From positions 1,632,001 through 1,696,000 of the forward strand of contig OZ253496.1 of the NCBI GenBank assembly GCA_965262115.1: a stretch of DNA of 64,000 nucleotides, given 5' to 3'. This document shows positions 22,901 through 34,503 of the stretch, in pieces (the stretch's first letter is position 1; the number at the start of each line of letters is the position of its first letter). Position numbers and translations under genes: made by a program. Under the pieces are notes generated by a model. That model made no database searches. It was not told the DNA's origin and saw only the letters and a program-made list of their open reading frames with translations. This DNA is from Nitrospinales bacterium. Its GTDB lineage: Bacteria > Nitrospinota > Nitrospinia > Nitrospinales > VA-1.

Positions 22901-23116
22901 CGGAGGATTGGCTTTTTCTTTGCGGGTTTCGGGCTGTTTTTGAAGGAATCCGAGCGGCGTTTTACCCCCCCCCTCCCCACCAGCATGATTAAGGAATATA
23001 AAACAGTAGGTTAGAGGATTTTTGAGTTGCTTGCAAAGACATGCCTTTGATGCTAGAATCATCAAAGCTTGTAATTAAAGAGTTAGAGTTAATCAGATTT
23101 CAAAACTAGGAGGTAA

Positions 23117-25131
23117 GTGATTGTGTCGTAATCGAATAGCAGGATAGGAAGAAATATTGAACAGAGCGGGATATTTTGGTTGTTTTGCGCCGTAGCCTGT
23201 ACGCTTGCCCTGACCGTTGGGGAGGTGCTGGCGCAATCCGTCACCATTGACGAGGGTGATACTCACACGACTCGGATTGTATCAATGCGCACTGACGATG
23301 CCATCATCAACAATGGCACAATAATGACGCCGGATTCCTCCGGCATTTTCTCGACGGGTGATGGCGCGACCATCACCAACATCGGCACAATAGAAGCGAG
23401 ATGGGTTCATTCTGAGGGCATTTACTCGGATGCCGCTAACGCGGTGATCAGCAATAGCGGCACAATAACGGCGACGGGCGAAGCCATTTCCGCACATGGC
23501 GATGACATGACCATCACCAGCAGCGGCTCAGTATCAACCACAGGGGTTGTTGCTCACGGTATTTTTGTGGGTGGTGATGACGCGAGCGTAATCAGCAGCG
23601 GCTCAATCTCAACGTCAGGCGGGGATTCTGAGGGTATTTTTTCGAGGGGTGATAATACGATGATCACCCATAGCGGTTCAATCTCAACCACAGGCTCTAC
23701 ATCTGAAGGCATTTTCTCGCAGGGTGTCGGCGCAACTATTACCAGTAGCGGCTCAATCACAACCGCAGGGATAGAGGCTCACGGCATTTTATCGGTGGGC
23801 TCTGGCGCGGCCATCACCAATGACGGCACAATCACAACGACTGGCGATGACGCTCACGGTATTTTTGCCGGGGGTGGTGGCACGGAGATTACCATCAGCG
23901 GCCGTGTGTCTGTCAGTGGCGAGGGTTCCTATGTGGTGAAAGGCTCCGATGCGGGAGATCAAACGCTGAACCTGCTTCGTGGGGCGATGACGAACGGGGA
24001 GTTTAGTCTGGGAGAAAGCAGCGGCGATAATGATATTGCCAACATTTATGTGGATGACATCTCAAGGTCGTCGACTTACACTATCGGCGGGGCCGAGACC
24101 ATCAACCTGTTCAGAGGAGAGGGAAATGCGCAGATATCTCTTCCACTGCCGTGGGTAGCGAATGCTGATGGCGATACTGCGGCTGTGCTCGACCCGACGG
24201 GCTCGTCCGCCGAACGCATGGTGCTGGGTACGGCTACAAGTCAGCTCCACCAGTTGGTGTTTCAGCGGTTGGCAGACACGCGGCAGTCGGCGGGGATGGG
24301 TAGCGGTGCGTCTGATGGGACAACCGGCGGGTCGGGCTGGGGCACTTTTTTTGGTGCCGGGCGCGAGCGTGACGCTGACGGCCTGGCGCAGGCTTGGTCG
24401 AGCCACCGTTTTGGCGCGGTCGGGGGCTACGACATCCGCCTGGACAGCGGCCAGCGTGTTGGTCTGTTTGCCGGGGGCAGCCGTGGGCACATTGAAACCG
24501 ATGCCAGATCGATTGAGACCGACACCAACAGCGGGTTTGTCGGCGCTTACGGGCAGAGCGGATTCTGGGTGGTGGCTGGGGCTTGAGCGGATCGGTGGTC
24601 GGCGGCTATGAAAGCCATAACAGCGACCGCTCCGTGTTCGACAACCTCGAAGGGGATGGAACCGCTGACGGGGGTTACCACAGCTTCTATGTCAGTCCGT
24701 CTCTGGCCCTTGCGTGGTACCATGATCTGGGAGACGGCCTTGAGTTCCGGCCCAGCGCGCAGATTGCTTATACTACGGTGAGCGGCACGACAAACTCCGA
24801 TTTACGCTTCGATGACCGGGATGTGCATATTTTTGACGGCCGCCTGCAACTGGCGCTGGCGCAATCCTACGACCGGGGAGAGATTGAGTTGCGTGGCGGC
24901 GCTACGCTCACCCATTATGGTGATGACAATGTCGATGTCAGCCTGGGCGGAGGTGATCCGATCTCTTACCGGGTGCCGGGTAACGAGACCATCCCCGCCG
25001 GGTATGTGGGTGCCAGTCTGCGTTATGTTGTCAGGGACAATGTCAACCTGGTTGGCGATGTGGAATATCACAATGGCACGGGCGGCACGGAATCCATATC
25101 GGGTTATCTGGGGCTGAGGGTTCGGTTTTAG
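23117..25131 (+). pseudogene. Autotransporter (beta-helical passenger + beta-barrel), disrupted
   Basis: Repeated 'SGSISTTG..HGIF'; C-terminal YLGLRVRF. Frameshift at ~24583 and an in-frame stop shortly after the RBS-linked GTG. Confidence 0.8.
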
Positions 25132-25209
25132 GTTTTAATTTGAGGACGCGAAGAGAGTGTTTGGGCGGTGCGGCTAAAGCTGCGCTTCCGGCAACCCCCA
25201 GCCTTGTAT

Positions 25210-25429
25210 CGTCATTCTGAACGATTGCATTGTCATGCGGAGATTCTTCGTCACGTTGTTCCTCAGAATGACAAAATGGCCTTGTATTGTCATGCTGAGC
25301 TAGTGATATTTGACCTTTGAATTCTTGCCCCGTAGGGGTATGTGATATCCTCTTCCTTAAACTTCATGCCCCGTAGGGGTATCTCGAAGCATATCGCTTT
25401 TCTGCTTTATAGACTTACGCAAAGGTCTC
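25210..25429. mobile_element. Composite MITE with tandem 39+41-bp units
   Basis: Units at 25302-25340 and 25341-25381; GACTTACGCAAAGGTCTC end. Confidence 0.8.
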
Positions 25430-25487
25430 CCTGACAATGGGGGACTTTTATGAATTCCAATCCACACCCCTCCGCGGCTACGCCTTG

Positions 25488-26777
25488 TGATCTTCCCCTG
25501 TTTTAGTGGACAGTTAGTTAAGAGGCATAGGCCTGTTTCTCGAATTCGGCAGGGCTGAGATAGCCGAGATATTAGTGACGGCGTTGCCGATTATAAAACA
25601 CTTCGATATATTCAAAAATATCCTTCTTTGCTTGCTGACGGGTTTTGTAGTTCCGGTTATGAATGAGTTCCACTTTGAGAGTATGGAAAAAACTCTCCGC
25701 CACGGCGTTATCCCAGCAATCGCCCTTCCGGCTCATACTGCACTCTATCCCATGAACATTGAGCAAGGCTTGAAAATCGTTGCAGGCATATTGAACCCCC
25801 CGGTCAGAATGGTGAATCAATCCCGGTTTCATGCCGCCGTTCTTCATTGCCATATTTAAAGCTCTCATTACCAACCAACGGGTTATCCAACGATCCATGG
25901 CCCAACCAATAACTTTACGGTGGAATAAATCCAGCGTCACCGCAAGGTATAACCAGCCCTCTTGAGTCGGGATATAGGTGATATCCGAAACCCAGCATTG
26001 ACCGGGCTCAGCAACATTAAACCGCCGTTGCAGTTTGTTTTTTGCCACCGGGTGATTATGTTTGGAATCGGTTGTCACCCTGAACTTTCTTTTGTGCTTG
26101 GCAACGATTCCATGCTCGCGCATAAGACAGGCAATACGATGCCTGCCAATGGCATATCCCTTGTCTTTCAAGTCCTCATGAATTCTGGGACTGCCATAAG
26201 TCTGGCGACTCTTCTTATAAACGGTTTTGATCTCATCAACCCATCGCTGCTTCTCACGGCTCCTCAGGCTCTCGGGGCGGCTCAGCCAGGCATAGAACCC
26301 ACTTCGTCCCACTTCCAGAACCCGGCACATCGGGCTTACCGGAAATGCTTCTCGATGATCCCGTATAAACCGATATCTCATTGGGAACCCTTCGAGTACC
26401 CCTTCGTGGCATGAAGACAAATGAAGAGGACATCACAAAGATAACTGCCGCCTTTTTTAATATGTCCCGCTCCATACGAAGGCGAGCGTTTTCTCGCCGC
26501 AACTGCTGCAACTCATCTCCCGGCTTAAGCTGTCCTTTGCCGGGAAACGCATTCCCCTGATCCTCCTCATACTCCTGTTTCCAGCGACCCAGAAGGGCAG
26601 AACGGATTCCCAGATCCCGGGACACCCGGGCAATGCTATCGCCTACTTCAATAACCAATCGAACCGCTTCTAACTTGAATTCTTTACTGAAACTCCTGCG
26701 TTTGGTTCCCATAAAAACACCTCCAAAAGTGTATTATCCACACTTTTCGATGTGTCCACCAATTCAGGGGAAGATCA
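25488..26777 (-). mobile_element. IS3-family insertion sequence, copy 2
   Basis: Same IRs, orfA and orfB; 41-bp insert at 26397-26437. Confidence 0.97.
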
Positions 26778-26988
26778 AGATGCTTCGAGATACCCCTACG
26801 GGGCATGAAGTTTAATGGAGAGGGTATCACATACCCCTACGGGGCAAGAATTCAAAGGTCAAATCACTAGCTCAGCATGACAATAAAAGGCTATTTTGTC
26901 ATTCTGAGGAGCTATTGCAACGAAGACGTGATATTTCACCAAAACTTTCGTGCCCTGAAAGGGTAATCTTGGGTTATGCAAAGCTCTC
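26778..26988. mobile_element. Composite MITE, half cut by IS3
   Basis: Units at 26791, 26832 and 26927; GGTTATGCAAAGCTCTC end. The missing part matches 36600-36637. Confidence 0.8.
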
Positions 26989-27312
26989 CTGATAGGAGGG
27001 CTAGATATGGAGGCACACGACTGGCGCAACCTGTTCAATCGCTTTGATTTATGGGGCGTCGATCAAATGCTCTCAAACATTATGTTTTACCTGGGCTGGT
27101 TGAGCATTTTCCTGGCCTGGGTCTGGTTATATAAAGTTGGCGGACCAACCCCAAAAAGGGATAAAATGATTCTAAATACCTGATCGTAAAAAATCATTAA
27201 TGGACATAAACAGGCTCTTAAATTATCCTAAGCAAAAATAATTTGTGATTTTTGTTTTAAATCGATAACTCTAAAATTTTTGCCTCATCAACAATTTTTT
27301 CAGGAGGCTCCC

Positions 27313-27727
27313 ATGACAGGAATTCCGCAATCTGAACACCCAAAAGAAAAGTTAGGGGATTTCATGACCACCCCCGTCATCGCCATCGATGTGAAAGCCA
27401 CCGTTCAAGAGGCCGCCCACATGATGGATGAGCAAAATGCCAGTGCCATTCTCACCACTGAAAATGAAAAGCATATTAGGAATCATCACGGAAAGGGATT
27501 TTACACGCAAGGTGGGGGGGCTCCTGTTATCCACTCTTGTCTCCGAGATCATGATCTGCCCTCTCTACACTCTGGACCGCGATAACCATATTCTTGAAGC
27601 CGCAGAATTTATGACGGACCATTACCCGGCATATCACCGTCACAGATCAGGGCAAAGTGGTGGGCATTATCACCGTAAAAAATACATTTTCTTATTACAT
27701 GAATCTGTTCGGCCTGGGGAGTTATGA
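27313..27727 (+). pseudogene. CBS-domain protein, frameshifted
   Basis: DFMTTPVI..ATVQEAA and GIITERDF lie in different frames. Confidence 0.75.
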
Positions 27728-27839
27728 TCCGTCGACCTCTGCGGATTGAGTGCTTTCTTCAACTGGCAAGAATCTGCTCTCTGAGGGGTGGTTTATAGAG
27801 GCCCTCTTCATCCCTCCTTCTAAGGAAAATCTATAAAAA

Positions 27840-28446
27840 ATGGATGACCTTACAGAGTTGATTAAAACTTTTGTGATTTTACTGGCCATCATCGATCCCA
27901 TCGGGAACCTTCCTATTTACATTTCCCTGGCCGCCAATAAAACCGATGCGGAGCATAAAGCAATAATTTTAAAAACCAGTTGCGCTTCGGTGGCGTTATT
28001 AACCGTATCTTTCTTGTTCGGAAAATATATTGTGGTGTTTTTCGGCATTCAAATTAATAGGGGGGGGTTTTCCTGGTCTATATCGCTTTCACCATGCTTA
28101 CCGACAACAAGACCTCCCATTCACTTTCCGAAGAGGGGGCGTTAAAGATGATATTGCTTTTATGCCCATGACCTTTCCCCTTTTTATTGGGCCAGCTGCC
28201 ATAAGCCTGGTGATAATTCAATCCACCGAATTCACTCTATGGTCGGCCAAACTAATATCTATTGCAGAATTTGTCCTGATAGGCGTTCTGATCTGGATCT
28301 CTTTAAAACTCGCTAACAGGATTTTAAAATTCCTGGGAAAGGGGAGCATCAAATTCATCACTCAGGTCATGGGTTTGCTCCTGGGTAGCATGGCGATAGG
28401 GATCATTGCCGATGAATTAAAAGTTCTTCTACCCGGCCTGTCTTAG
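27840..28446 (+). pseudogene. MarC family membrane protein, frameshifted
   Basis: IIDPIGNLP and PMTFPLFIGPAAI lie in different frames. Confidence 0.8.
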
Positions 28447-28490
28447 AACCGGCCTCGTTCAGTAATAAAAACACTCTTAATTCCGGAAAA

Positions 28491-28694
28491 ATGGACATGG
28501 CCACTCTCATCACCACAAGCGTTGTTGTTATTCTTCTTTTAGGCTTTGTGGTGAACTACCTTCTCGAGCCCGACATCCGCAAAAGTTCCGTCAATATTGT
28601 GTTTTTTGCGTTTGCAATACTATTATCTTTTCCAGTTTTAAAATGCTTTATACCGGAGAGATGGGGTCGTTTGATGTCCATGAGGGGGAAGTGA
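28491..28694 (+). CDS. Small membrane protein, hypothetical
   Basis: Two hydrophobic segments. Confidence 0.4.
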   Translation: MDMATLITTSVVVILLLGFVVNYLLEPDIRKSSVNIVFFAFAILLSFPVLKCFIPERWGRLMSMRGK

Positions 28695-28817
28695 AAATAC
28701 TCATGGGAACCCATCCCTTTGAGTCCTGGGGAAGCCTGATTTTTAAATTGAGCTTGGGCGGGTTTATGCTTTATGCCCTGTTCCTGAAAATAAAAAAGAG
28801 CTAGGGAGTTATTTTTT

Positions 28818-29090
28818 ATGGCAGATGAAGGTTTCGAAAAATACAATGATGTTCCGTTATATTTCTCGCATTACTACAATTTTCTATTCATTTATAAAAG
28901 TCAGAAAATGGAGAACGGCGATCAAATATTTTTACAACTCGGTGGCAACATGGAAAAAGTTTCAGCCATGGTGGTGGACGTGAACGATCCACTCACCCTT
29001 GATGAAAAATCTGATGACGAATATGCCTATATCAAAAACAAAGACAATCAAGTTGTCTGGAAACAGGGTATTCCCGCAGGGGACGAGTAA
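28818..29090 (+). CDS. Hypothetical protein
   Basis: RBS GGAG; acidic 90-aa ORF. Confidence 0.6.
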   Translation: MADEGFEKYNDVPLYFSHYYNFLFIYKSQKMENGDQIFLQLGGNMEKVSAMVVDVNDPLTLDEKSDDEYAYIKNKDNQVVWKQGIPAGDE

Positions 29091-29142
29091 CCCCGAATCT
29101 TTATGGAAACAACTCCTCATATGAAACAGGGGATAAAAAGAA

Positions 29143-29943
29143 ATGGCAAAAAAATATTTCACACCAAAATTTATTCTTTTTATCGCTCTTGCTCTTCCCA
29201 CCGCACTCCTGATATCGCTGGACAGAATTCCTCAAAACCCGGAATGGTCGCGTTTTGCAGATCACCGCAGTTGGCTCGGCATCCCTAATTTTGGCGATAT
29301 ATTCTCCAACCTTCCTTTCGTCGTTATTGGATTTATGGGCCTGTGGTTCTTGTTTCGTCTTGCCGATGACGGGGGGAACGCTTTCGAGTTTTCCTGGGAA
29401 AAAGCAGCGCCAACCATTTTTTTTACCGGTGTATTCCTGACCGGATTCGGTTCCACCTGGTTTCATCTCAATCCGGATAACGCCCGGTTGGTCTGGGATC
29501 GACTTCCTATGACCTGGGCCTTTATGGGGCTGTTCTGCCAACTCATCAGCGATCGCGTTTCGGCCCGCGCTGGATATTTACTGGTCTTTCCTCTTGCTGG
29601 CCTTGGAATGTTCAGTGTGATCTGGTGGTATTGGACAGAAGTAACGGGGGTCGGAGATTTGAGACTTTATCTCTGGATCCAGTTCGCCCCGACGCTGGCA
29701 ATCATTTTAATGCTTTTTTTATTTCCCAGCCGTTATTCTCACGGCAAAATGTACTGGGGAGTCCTGCTATGTTATATTCTGGCTAAAATATTTGAACATT
29801 TTGATGCGGCGGTCTTTCAAGCCCTTGGTTTTATCAGTGGGCACAGCCTCAAACACCTTTTCGCCGGAGGGGCGGCCTGGATTATTTTTCAAATGCTGGC
29901 ACAGCGACAAACCACTTACGGCACAAAAGATGCTAAAAGGTGA
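29143..29943 (+). CDS. Alkaline phytoceramidase-like membrane protein
   Basis: FADHR, SNLPF, GS..FH, LVWDRLPM, SGHSLKH. Confidence 0.85.
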   Translation: MAKKYFTPKFILFIALALPTALLISLDRIPQNPEWSRFADHRSWLGIPNFGDIFSNLPFVVIGFMGLWFLFRLADDGGNAFEFSWEKAAPTIFFTGVFLTGFGSTWFHLNPDNARLVWDRLPMTWAFMGLFCQLISDRVSARAGYLLVFPLAGLGMFSVIWWYWTEVTGVGDLRLYLWIQFAPTLAIILMLFLFPSRYSHGKMYWGVLLCYILAKIFEHFDAAVFQALGFISGHSLKHLFAGGAAWIIFQMLAQRQTTYGTKDAKR

Positions 29944-30314
29944 GGCCCACATCCGCTCCGGCGACTAGATTCTCGCTCATATCAAACCTGTCACCTGTTT
30001 TGGCGGAGCGGACGGTTGCCGCTTCCAGGGGACGAACCGCCACGGTGGAAGTGCCTGAAGGCAAAGATGCTGAGGTGGTGGAAATTGACTGGGGCATTAC
30101 CGAACAGGATCACGATTTGCGGGATCGGTTTATTGAACTTCTTTTAAAAAATACTGCAGATAAGTTGAAGAACGACTATATGGTCTCGGCCAAAATGTGG
30201 AAGGGGGCCCACGACCTTATGGCCGCCTGCAAAAAAAAGGTTCGAATACTTGAAACCGAAAATGAAAAACTAAAAAAATTGAATACTGCGCTAAAGAAAA
30301 AACTAAACATATAG
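29940..30314 (+). CDS. Hypothetical coiled-coil protein (possibly a fragment)
   Basis: ORF only. Confidence 0.4.
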   Translation: MRPTSAPATRFSLISNLSPVLAERTVAASRGRTATVEVPEGKDAEVVEIDWGITEQDHDLRDRFIELLLKNTADKLKNDYMVSAKMWKGAHDLMAACKKKVRILETENEKLKKLNTALKKKLNI

Positions 30315-30395
30315 AAATCGCTTCCATTTAATCTGCATTATTTTTGTTAATGAACACGTATTGCCTATTTTCTAAATGGATGGCACAATCATTTC

Positions 30396-31397
30396 ATGGG
30401 CTCTATATGGAAAATCGGGATTGCTGAATTTTTGTCCCTGTTATTTTTGGGATCGGGGCTGGCTTTTGCTGGTATGGATAAAATTCCTCTGGTGACGACT
30501 CCCTCCTTCGATAAACTCAGCCTCGCGACTCCCGGCTTGGTCTCGCCCTCTAAAACCAAACCGCTTAACTTGATTTTGGTAATTTCTACAACCCGGGACG
30601 AAGACCTTTCGGTATCTCCCGCTACCCATGAACAATTATTCAACGCCATTGAGGTAGAAGACCTGGAGCGAGCCGAGAGACTGCTCACCGGTTTAGACAT
30701 TAATTTGCAGGACAAACGCGGCATCACGCCTCTTTACAAGTCTGTCTTTCACAACCGGTTTAATTTTGTCCGTTTATTGCTCGAACGAGGGGCAGACATC
30801 AACCTCCCCGACCACGAAGGCCTGAGCCCTCTCCATGTCGTGGCACTGGAGGATCTGGATACACTGGTGCCTGTGCTCCTCGATCAGGGGGCCGAGTTGG
30901 AAGCCAAAGATAGTTTTGGCTACACCCCTCTCCACCTGGCCACCGACCAGGGCAGTGTCAAAGTCGCCCATGCGCTGATCAAAAGAGGCGCCAACGTGAA
31001 CAATAGCTCAGAGTGGGGCAACACTCCACTACATGCTTCCATCGCCCAGGGCAATATGAAGCTCATCAAACTTTTACTCAAAAGGGGGGCAGACATCGGC
31101 GCCATAGACAGGCTGGGCCGTTCGGCTCTGCACTGGGTGGCGGAAAAGGGCTATCTGAGTATTGCCAGGTTTCTAATTCTTGAAGGCGCTCCGATTCATC
31201 ATCAGGATAACGATGGCCACACTCAACTTCATGAAGCGGCAAGGTGGGATCAACAGAAAATGGCCAAGCTTTTCCTTGTTCACGGTGCCAATGTGAATGC
31301 AAAAGGCTCAGACGGTCGGGGTCCACTACATATTGCCATCGCCAATGGGAATATAGATATTGTCAATCTGCTTAAACGCCACGGCGCTAAATTGTAA
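30396..31397 (+). CDS. Ankyrin-repeat protein, secreted
   Basis: Repeated G.TPLH.A...LL..GADIN; signal peptide. Confidence 0.92.
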   Translation: MGSIWKIGIAEFLSLLFLGSGLAFAGMDKIPLVTTPSFDKLSLATPGLVSPSKTKPLNLILVISTTRDEDLSVSPATHEQLFNAIEVEDLERAERLLTGLDINLQDKRGITPLYKSVFHNRFNFVRLLLERGADINLPDHEGLSPLHVVALEDLDTLVPVLLDQGAELEAKDSFGYTPLHLATDQGSVKVAHALIKRGANVNNSSEWGNTPLHASIAQGNMKLIKLLLKRGADIGAIDRLGRSALHWVAEKGYLSIARFLILEGAPIHHQDNDGHTQLHEAARWDQQKMAKLFLVHGANVNAKGSDGRGPLHIAIANGNIDIVNLLKRHGAKL

Positions 31398-31447
31398 CAA
31401 TGCTCCGCGATGATTAAAAATTCGCTCCTGCCGACTCAACTTCTTCA

Positions 31448-31768
31448 ATGAAAAATTCCGCAATTCATTTTCTGCTTTTCGCCGTTGTTTCCTGCACCGC
31501 CTTGTTTGCCATGAAATATATTCTCTGGGCCATGTTCAAATGGGGAGGGGGCGCAGCCATTGCCTTGGCCCTGGTATTTACCTGTATTTATGTCGGGAGC
31601 TTTTTTGCGGTCATTCAAAAATGGGCTGGGCATGAACAATATATCTCTAATACAGGTCTGAGATGGATTTGGGTTCTGGGTTTCCTGCAGTTGGCCGTGC
31701 TGGGAACTCTTTATCACCTGTTGCCGCAATTTTTTCCTGCACTCATCGCAGACTTCTTCTTCGCCTGA
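31448..31768 (+). CDS. Small membrane protein
   Basis: Three TM segments. Confidence 0.6.
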   Translation: MKNSAIHFLLFAVVSCTALFAMKYILWAMFKWGGGAAIALALVFTCIYVGSFFAVIQKWAGHEQYISNTGLRWIWVLGFLQLAVLGTLYHLLPQFFPALIADFFFA

Positions 31769-31827
31769 AACCGGAAAGATTGGCAAAAATCCTCGCCCAA
31801 TTGCAAAAAAACATATAACAGGTTTCA

Positions 31828-32134
31828 TCATGCATTGGGTTCTTTACTTTTCTTCTCATCAGGAATCAAAGCATAACTCGAACCACATCCCTGCCTTTGG
31901 CCGACCATCACCATATTGTTATAGTGATTTTTTAAAACCTGTTTTTCCGTGTAATCCGCCGCATAAGAATCGGTCAAAAACAGAACCGCGTTAGGGTGGA
32001 AACCAAGGACGCCGCCATTGGAACCAGGGTTTCGGAAAACCACAATTCATGCTTGTTGAGGTTGAAAAAAAACAGGATGGGGTAAATATAGCCAGGATAA
32101 AGAGATGGATCACCAGAGTTCTTTTTTCAGGCAT
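31828..32134 (-). pseudogene. Degraded membrane protein remnant downstream of the methyltransferase
   Basis: MPEKRTLVIHLFILA / IYPILFFFNLNKHEL in shifting frames; overlaps the MTase stop. Confidence 0.45.
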
Positions 32135-33533
32135 GGCTCTTATTTTTCATGAGATAAAGGGTTCGTTCAGAATCGCCGACTTTTTCAGACTTTATGATAT
32201 TGAAAAACTGGAGGAATTCGCTTTCAAACGCTTCCTGCGTATAGTCGGGAAAGATGTCTTCCCTCGAGGCCAGTAGTTTTTGCGCCATCGGGTCTGACTT
32301 TGGAACAAATTCGATGATCAGAGATCGACAGGTGTTTCTGAAAAACCCGGCTATCTTAGCCAACGGAACATTGTTGGATATGGCCAGATGATGGATCAGA
32401 GCTAAGGCGAGTATGGTTTCTGTCGGCCCTCTTTCCTGAAGGGACATTCTTTCTTTATTCTCCCACCCAATACTAGGGCTGGGGTTGTTGAGATCAACCC
32501 ATAGGGGAAGCAGATTTTTCTCTCCATTTTTCAGCGTTTGAAGATAACTGGTCTCAACACAACCGGGGTCGGTGTCCATTGAAATCGTGGTTATGCCTCG
32601 GTCACTTGCAATCCTGCTGAAAACTCCTGTGTTGGCTCCCAAATCCCAAACGGTACCGGGTTTTAAAAAGTCCAGATAGCCTGCCACCTGTTTGATTTTT
32701 TGCTCCAAAAATTTTGGGACATGGGCACATTCGCTGTAATAGTTTACCCATTCGCTTTTCCCAGGTCTCCAATACATATTTTTAATGGCAGATTCCAAAC
32801 TATCTGTTAGTCCAAGAAGGGACTTTCTACTCATGGTCTGGTTGCTGGCAGCTGTTGAAGCTTGCTCGACATGTTTTGTTTGGTATCTGGCATGCAAATG
32901 AATATGCGTTGCCAAATGAAAATTGAAGTACGTCCTTCCAGGAAGTAACGATGAAACCAAGTCCAGTGGGATGCCGCTAATATATTCGCGTAACATCCGT
33001 CCGAGACTTATGTCCTTATAACTCATCAACGCCAGAGGGCCGAGAAAGTTTTCGCAGAACTGTTTGTAACCAGCCCAAGGTTCCCCCTCTTGATACTTTT
33101 CAAAAGAAAGAGTGTCGATCAATATAGGTTGTCCCTGGTAGAATTGGATGTTGTAAGCATTGGCATCCTTGAGAATCATGCCATGACTCAAGGTACGCTT
33201 TAAAATAGTCAGGGTTAGCAGAGCAGCATTTTTAAACTGAGTGAAACACCATTCGTAGGGATAGGATATAAATGGAATAGGCTCTGGTCGAATAGTCTGA
33301 TAGCCATCAGAAAAGGGAAAGTGGCTCGCGTCAACAGTTTCATGAGGGATCAATAATCTTTTGTTACGGAGCTTTTCATATAGCCCCGATTCTAAAAAAT
33401 AATCAAAATTTTCTTTATAAACTGGATTGATTTGACGGTAACAGACTCCTTCCCAATAAAAAACAAAGCCGCTTGGGTCACGAAAGGAACTGTTCTCAGT
33501 TTCTGGGATCATTTGTGTTGTTTTTGCCAACAA
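32127..33533 (-). CDS. Class I SAM-dependent methyltransferase, NoeA-like (kinase-like N-domain)
   Basis: SFRDPSG, ISYPYEW, LKDANAYN, WDLGANTG, LALIHHL. Confidence 0.85.
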   Translation of the reverse strand: MLAKTTQMIPETENSSFRDPSGFVFYWEGVCYRQINPVYKENFDYFLESGLYEKLRNKRLLIPHETVDASHFPFSDGYQTIRPEPIPFISYPYEWCFTQFKNAALLTLTILKRTLSHGMILKDANAYNIQFYQGQPILIDTLSFEKYQEGEPWAGYKQFCENFLGPLALMSYKDISLGRMLREYISGIPLDLVSSLLPGRTYFNFHLATHIHLHARYQTKHVEQASTAASNQTMSRKSLLGLTDSLESAIKNMYWRPGKSEWVNYYSECAHVPKFLEQKIKQVAGYLDFLKPGTVWDLGANTGVFSRIASDRGITTISMDTDPGCVETSYLQTLKNGEKNLLPLWVDLNNPSPSIGWENKERMSLQERGPTETILALALIHHLAISNNVPLAKIAGFFRNTCRSLIIEFVPKSDPMAQKLLASREDIFPDYTQEAFESEFLQFFNIIKSEKVGDSERTLYLMKNKSHA

Positions 33534-33732
33534 GATTCTTTACAAAGCTTTTAAATTTTCCCCAATAGATTTTCAAGGTGAAAAGAAATCCGAGGAGGCT
33601 CGCAATTAAGAGATGCAAAACCATGCTGCCGGTTCCAGGGTCAAAATAGGCGTGCACATCAGGAGTCCAGCCCAAAAGACAAATTAAGGTGAGAAAAAGA
33701 ACCAATGATTTTTTTGGGTGGGTACGAAGCAT
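33496..33732 (-). CDS. Small membrane protein with AYFDPGTGS motif
   Basis: Signal peptide, then YFDPGTGS and a TM helix. Confidence 0.7.
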   Translation of the reverse strand: MLRTHPKKSLVLFLTLICLLGWTPDVHAYFDPGTGSMVLHLLIASLLGFLFTLKIYWGKFKSFVKNLVGKNNTNDPRN

Positions 33733-33932
33733 GCGTTTTCCTTTTTTAGGTACAGCTTGTGAGGTTTCCGGTCTTCGGCAATAGGTTACACGTGGCTCAT
33801 ATCTTCCAGGATTTTACTGACTTACTCAGCTTAACGGGTTTATTTCCGCCAACCTTTATACATTATTGGGCCAAACACCTCAAAAATCCAGGCATATGCA
33901 CTTGAAGGGAAGGAGATACACAGCCTCCACGC

Positions 33933-34145
33933 CTAGTTGGGGGTCCAACCGCCATCCGGTCCGCAACGGATGCAACGAACACTTTGGAAGATTTCATCCC
34001 AATCCGCATCGGTGGCAATATAATCCAGGACGCATCGCAGGGCCTTGTCTTTATCTTCCAGCTTGTATTTTTTTGTGGCATACTCCAGCATTCTTACCAG
34101 ATCTTCCTGAATCTGGAACTCGACCCCGATTTTTTCACCTGCCAT
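33933..34145 (-). CDS. Small hypothetical protein with RCIRC motif
   Basis: RBS AAGGA; 70 aa. Confidence 0.6.
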   Translation of the reverse strand: MAGEKIGVEFQIQEDLVRMLEYATKKYKLEDKDKALRCVLDYIATDADWDEIFQSVRCIRCGPDGGWTPN

Positions 34146-34389
34146 ATTTATGATCCTTTCAAAAATCTATTTTGTTTGATATGAGTCTGTACACCGACTG
34201 GCTTGTTCGAATTTGTGTGACTGCAGAACTTTCTTAGTTTCCCGGGCCAGGGTTCTCAGTCATCTTCGTCAAGATTGTGCCGGAGAGGTTGGCTCCTGTC
34301 AATATGGCCTCTCGAAGGATCGATCTCGCAAATTCGGCTCTATCCCCTACCGGACGTGGCCCGGTTTTTCACTGCCTCGACGGCGAGTC

Positions 34390-34481
34390 GTGGTTTTCAT
34401 CGGCCCTGCGCCGAGCAGTGGTTTTCATCGGCCCTGCGCCGAGCAGTGGTTTTCATCGGCCCTGCGCCGAGCAGTGGTTTT
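34390..34481. repeat. 28-bp tandem repeat x3.3
   Basis: GTGGTTTTCATCGGCCCTGCGCCGAGCA, exact copies. Confidence 0.95.
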
Positions 34482-34503
34482 AGTTCGCCCCTCCGCGTAG
34501 GAG

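Noticed and set aside
34390..34481. Possible CRISPR array
   Set aside because: Repeats are contiguous with no spacers, and there are no cas genes.
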